Part shown: positions 63,219 through 64,000 of the stretch, piece by piece | Layout: every line of letters begins with the position of its first letter | How positions within the stretch are numbered: position 1 is the first letter of the stretch | NCBI GenBank assembly: GCA_963827645.1 | Contig: CAWHBZ010000010.1 | Span: forward strand, 28,325 to 92,324 | Length of the DNA: 64,000 bases | Reading direction: 5' to 3' | Source of the DNA: an uncultured beta proteobacterium | GTDB taxonomy: Bacteria > Pseudomonadota > Gammaproteobacteria > Burkholderiales > Burkholderiaceae_C | The notes under the pieces: model-generated | Databases searched by the model: none | Told to the model about the DNA's origin: nothing | What the model saw: the letters and a program-made list of their open reading frames with translations, nothing else | Program-made: the position numbers and the translations under genes

Positions 63219-64000
63219 CATGTTCCTGTCCGACTTCAGCATCAAGCGCCCGATCGCGATGGTCGTGATCGTCATCGCGCTGATGGGCGCTGGGCCTGCT
63301 GGCGCTGACCAAGCTGCGCGTCAACCAGATCCCCGACGTCGAGCAGCCGGTGCTGGTGGTGACGATCCCCTACCCGGGCGCCTCGCCCGAGACGGTGGAG
63401 CGCGAGCTGATCAACCGCATCGAGAAGTCGATGCAGACGATCTCGCGGCGTCGACAAGCTGCGCTCCACCGCCAAGGAAGGCAGCGCGCGAGATCGTGCT
63501 GTTCTTCAACTTCGACAAGAACATGGTCGAGGCGGCCGACGAGGTGCGCAACGCCATCGGCGCGGTGCGCCACAAGCTGCCGATCGAGATGCGCGAGCCG
63601 GTGCTGACGCGCATGGACCCCGGCGCGCAGCCGATCATGGACATGGCGCTGTCGAGCACGACGCAGAGCCATGCCGAGATCTCGCGCCTGGCCGAGGACG
63701 ACCTGGCCGACCGCTTCCGCGCCATCCCCGGCGTGGCGATCGTCAACGTCAGCGGCGCGCTGCGGCGCGAGCTGTCGGTGCTGCTGCGCGCCGAGAAGCT
63801 GCGCGAGTTCACGATCTCGGTGACCGAAGTGGTGAACGCGCTGCGCGCGCAGAACACCACCGCGCCGGTGGGCAAGGTGCGCGGCACGCTGGAGGACCAG
63901 AGCATCCGGCTGGTGGGCCGCATCGAGTCGCCCAGCCGAGTTCGAGCAGATCGTGGTGCGCCGCCGCGGCGAGCGAGATCGTGCGCCTGGGCCAGGTGGC
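63219..64000 (+). CDS. efflux RND transporter permease (AcrB/CzcA family), 3' end outside the window, frameshifted
   Basis: MFLSDFSIKRPIAMVVIVIALMG.. ..LVVTIPYPGASPETVERELINRIEKSMQTIS.. ..IVLFFNFDKNMVEAADEVRNAIGAVRHKLPIEMREPVLTRMDPGAQPIMDMALSS... Confidence 0.8.

Overview
This is a high-GC (~70%) proteobacterial chromosomal window, most likely Betaproteobacteria/Burkholderiales (Bug/TctC-family binding protein, matA/matB, many Liv-type ABC genes). I found no rRNA, tRNA or CRISPR array.

Almost every long gene is split across two to five reading frames, although the protein similarity continues cleanly across the breaks. I read this as indel sequencing or assembly error, not as mass pseudogenisation. 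Gene coordinates are therefore approximate, and I treat frameshifted genes as functional.

Content by position:
- A TRAP DctM permease, followed by a ~330 bp strand-asymmetric polypurine tract that is out of character for this genome.
- A HIBADH-like oxidoreductase, a Sel1-repeat lytic transglycosylase, and a PAS sigma-54 activator.
- A malonate module: a GntR regulator, malonyl-CoA decarboxylase, a Bug/TctC binding protein and the malonyl-CoA synthetase MatB, with a MITE-like element inserted between the last two.
- YaeQ, a VOC protein, an M16 zinc peptidase, and a beta-lactamase-family secreted hydrolase.
- A TPR-plus-SARP-type regulator followed by three small secreted or hypothetical proteins, all flanked by SARP-style tandem heptamer repeats at 11-bp periodicity.
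- A class II ribonucleotide reductase (NrdJ).
- A SnoaL/VOC/SDR/quinone-oxidoreductase/SRPBCC enzyme cluster.
- A long minus-strand island: flotillin, a Tm-1-like pair (PEP-hydrolase-like TIM barrel plus UPF0261), a Liv-type ABC transporter, two paralogous amidohydrolases, an alpha/beta hydrolase, a FAH-family hydrolase and a divergent TetR regulator. A second copy of the MITE-like element sits inside this island.
- A ~1180-aa AfsR/SARP-like STAND regulator, then an 11-bp tandem repeat, a 67-aa ORF and a ~1280-aa PKD/PPC-repeat lipoprotein.
- VOC, ArsR and AHSA1 genes, a secreted SAM methyltransferase, an ECF sigma factor with a TPR Ser/Thr kinase carrying an internal N-terminal duplication, a patatin-like phospholipase, and the start of an RND efflux system.

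The two best candidates for an undescribed system are the two SARP-type regulator loci, each with 11-bp-periodic direct repeats and secreted targets, and the Tm-1-like/Liv/amidohydrolase island.
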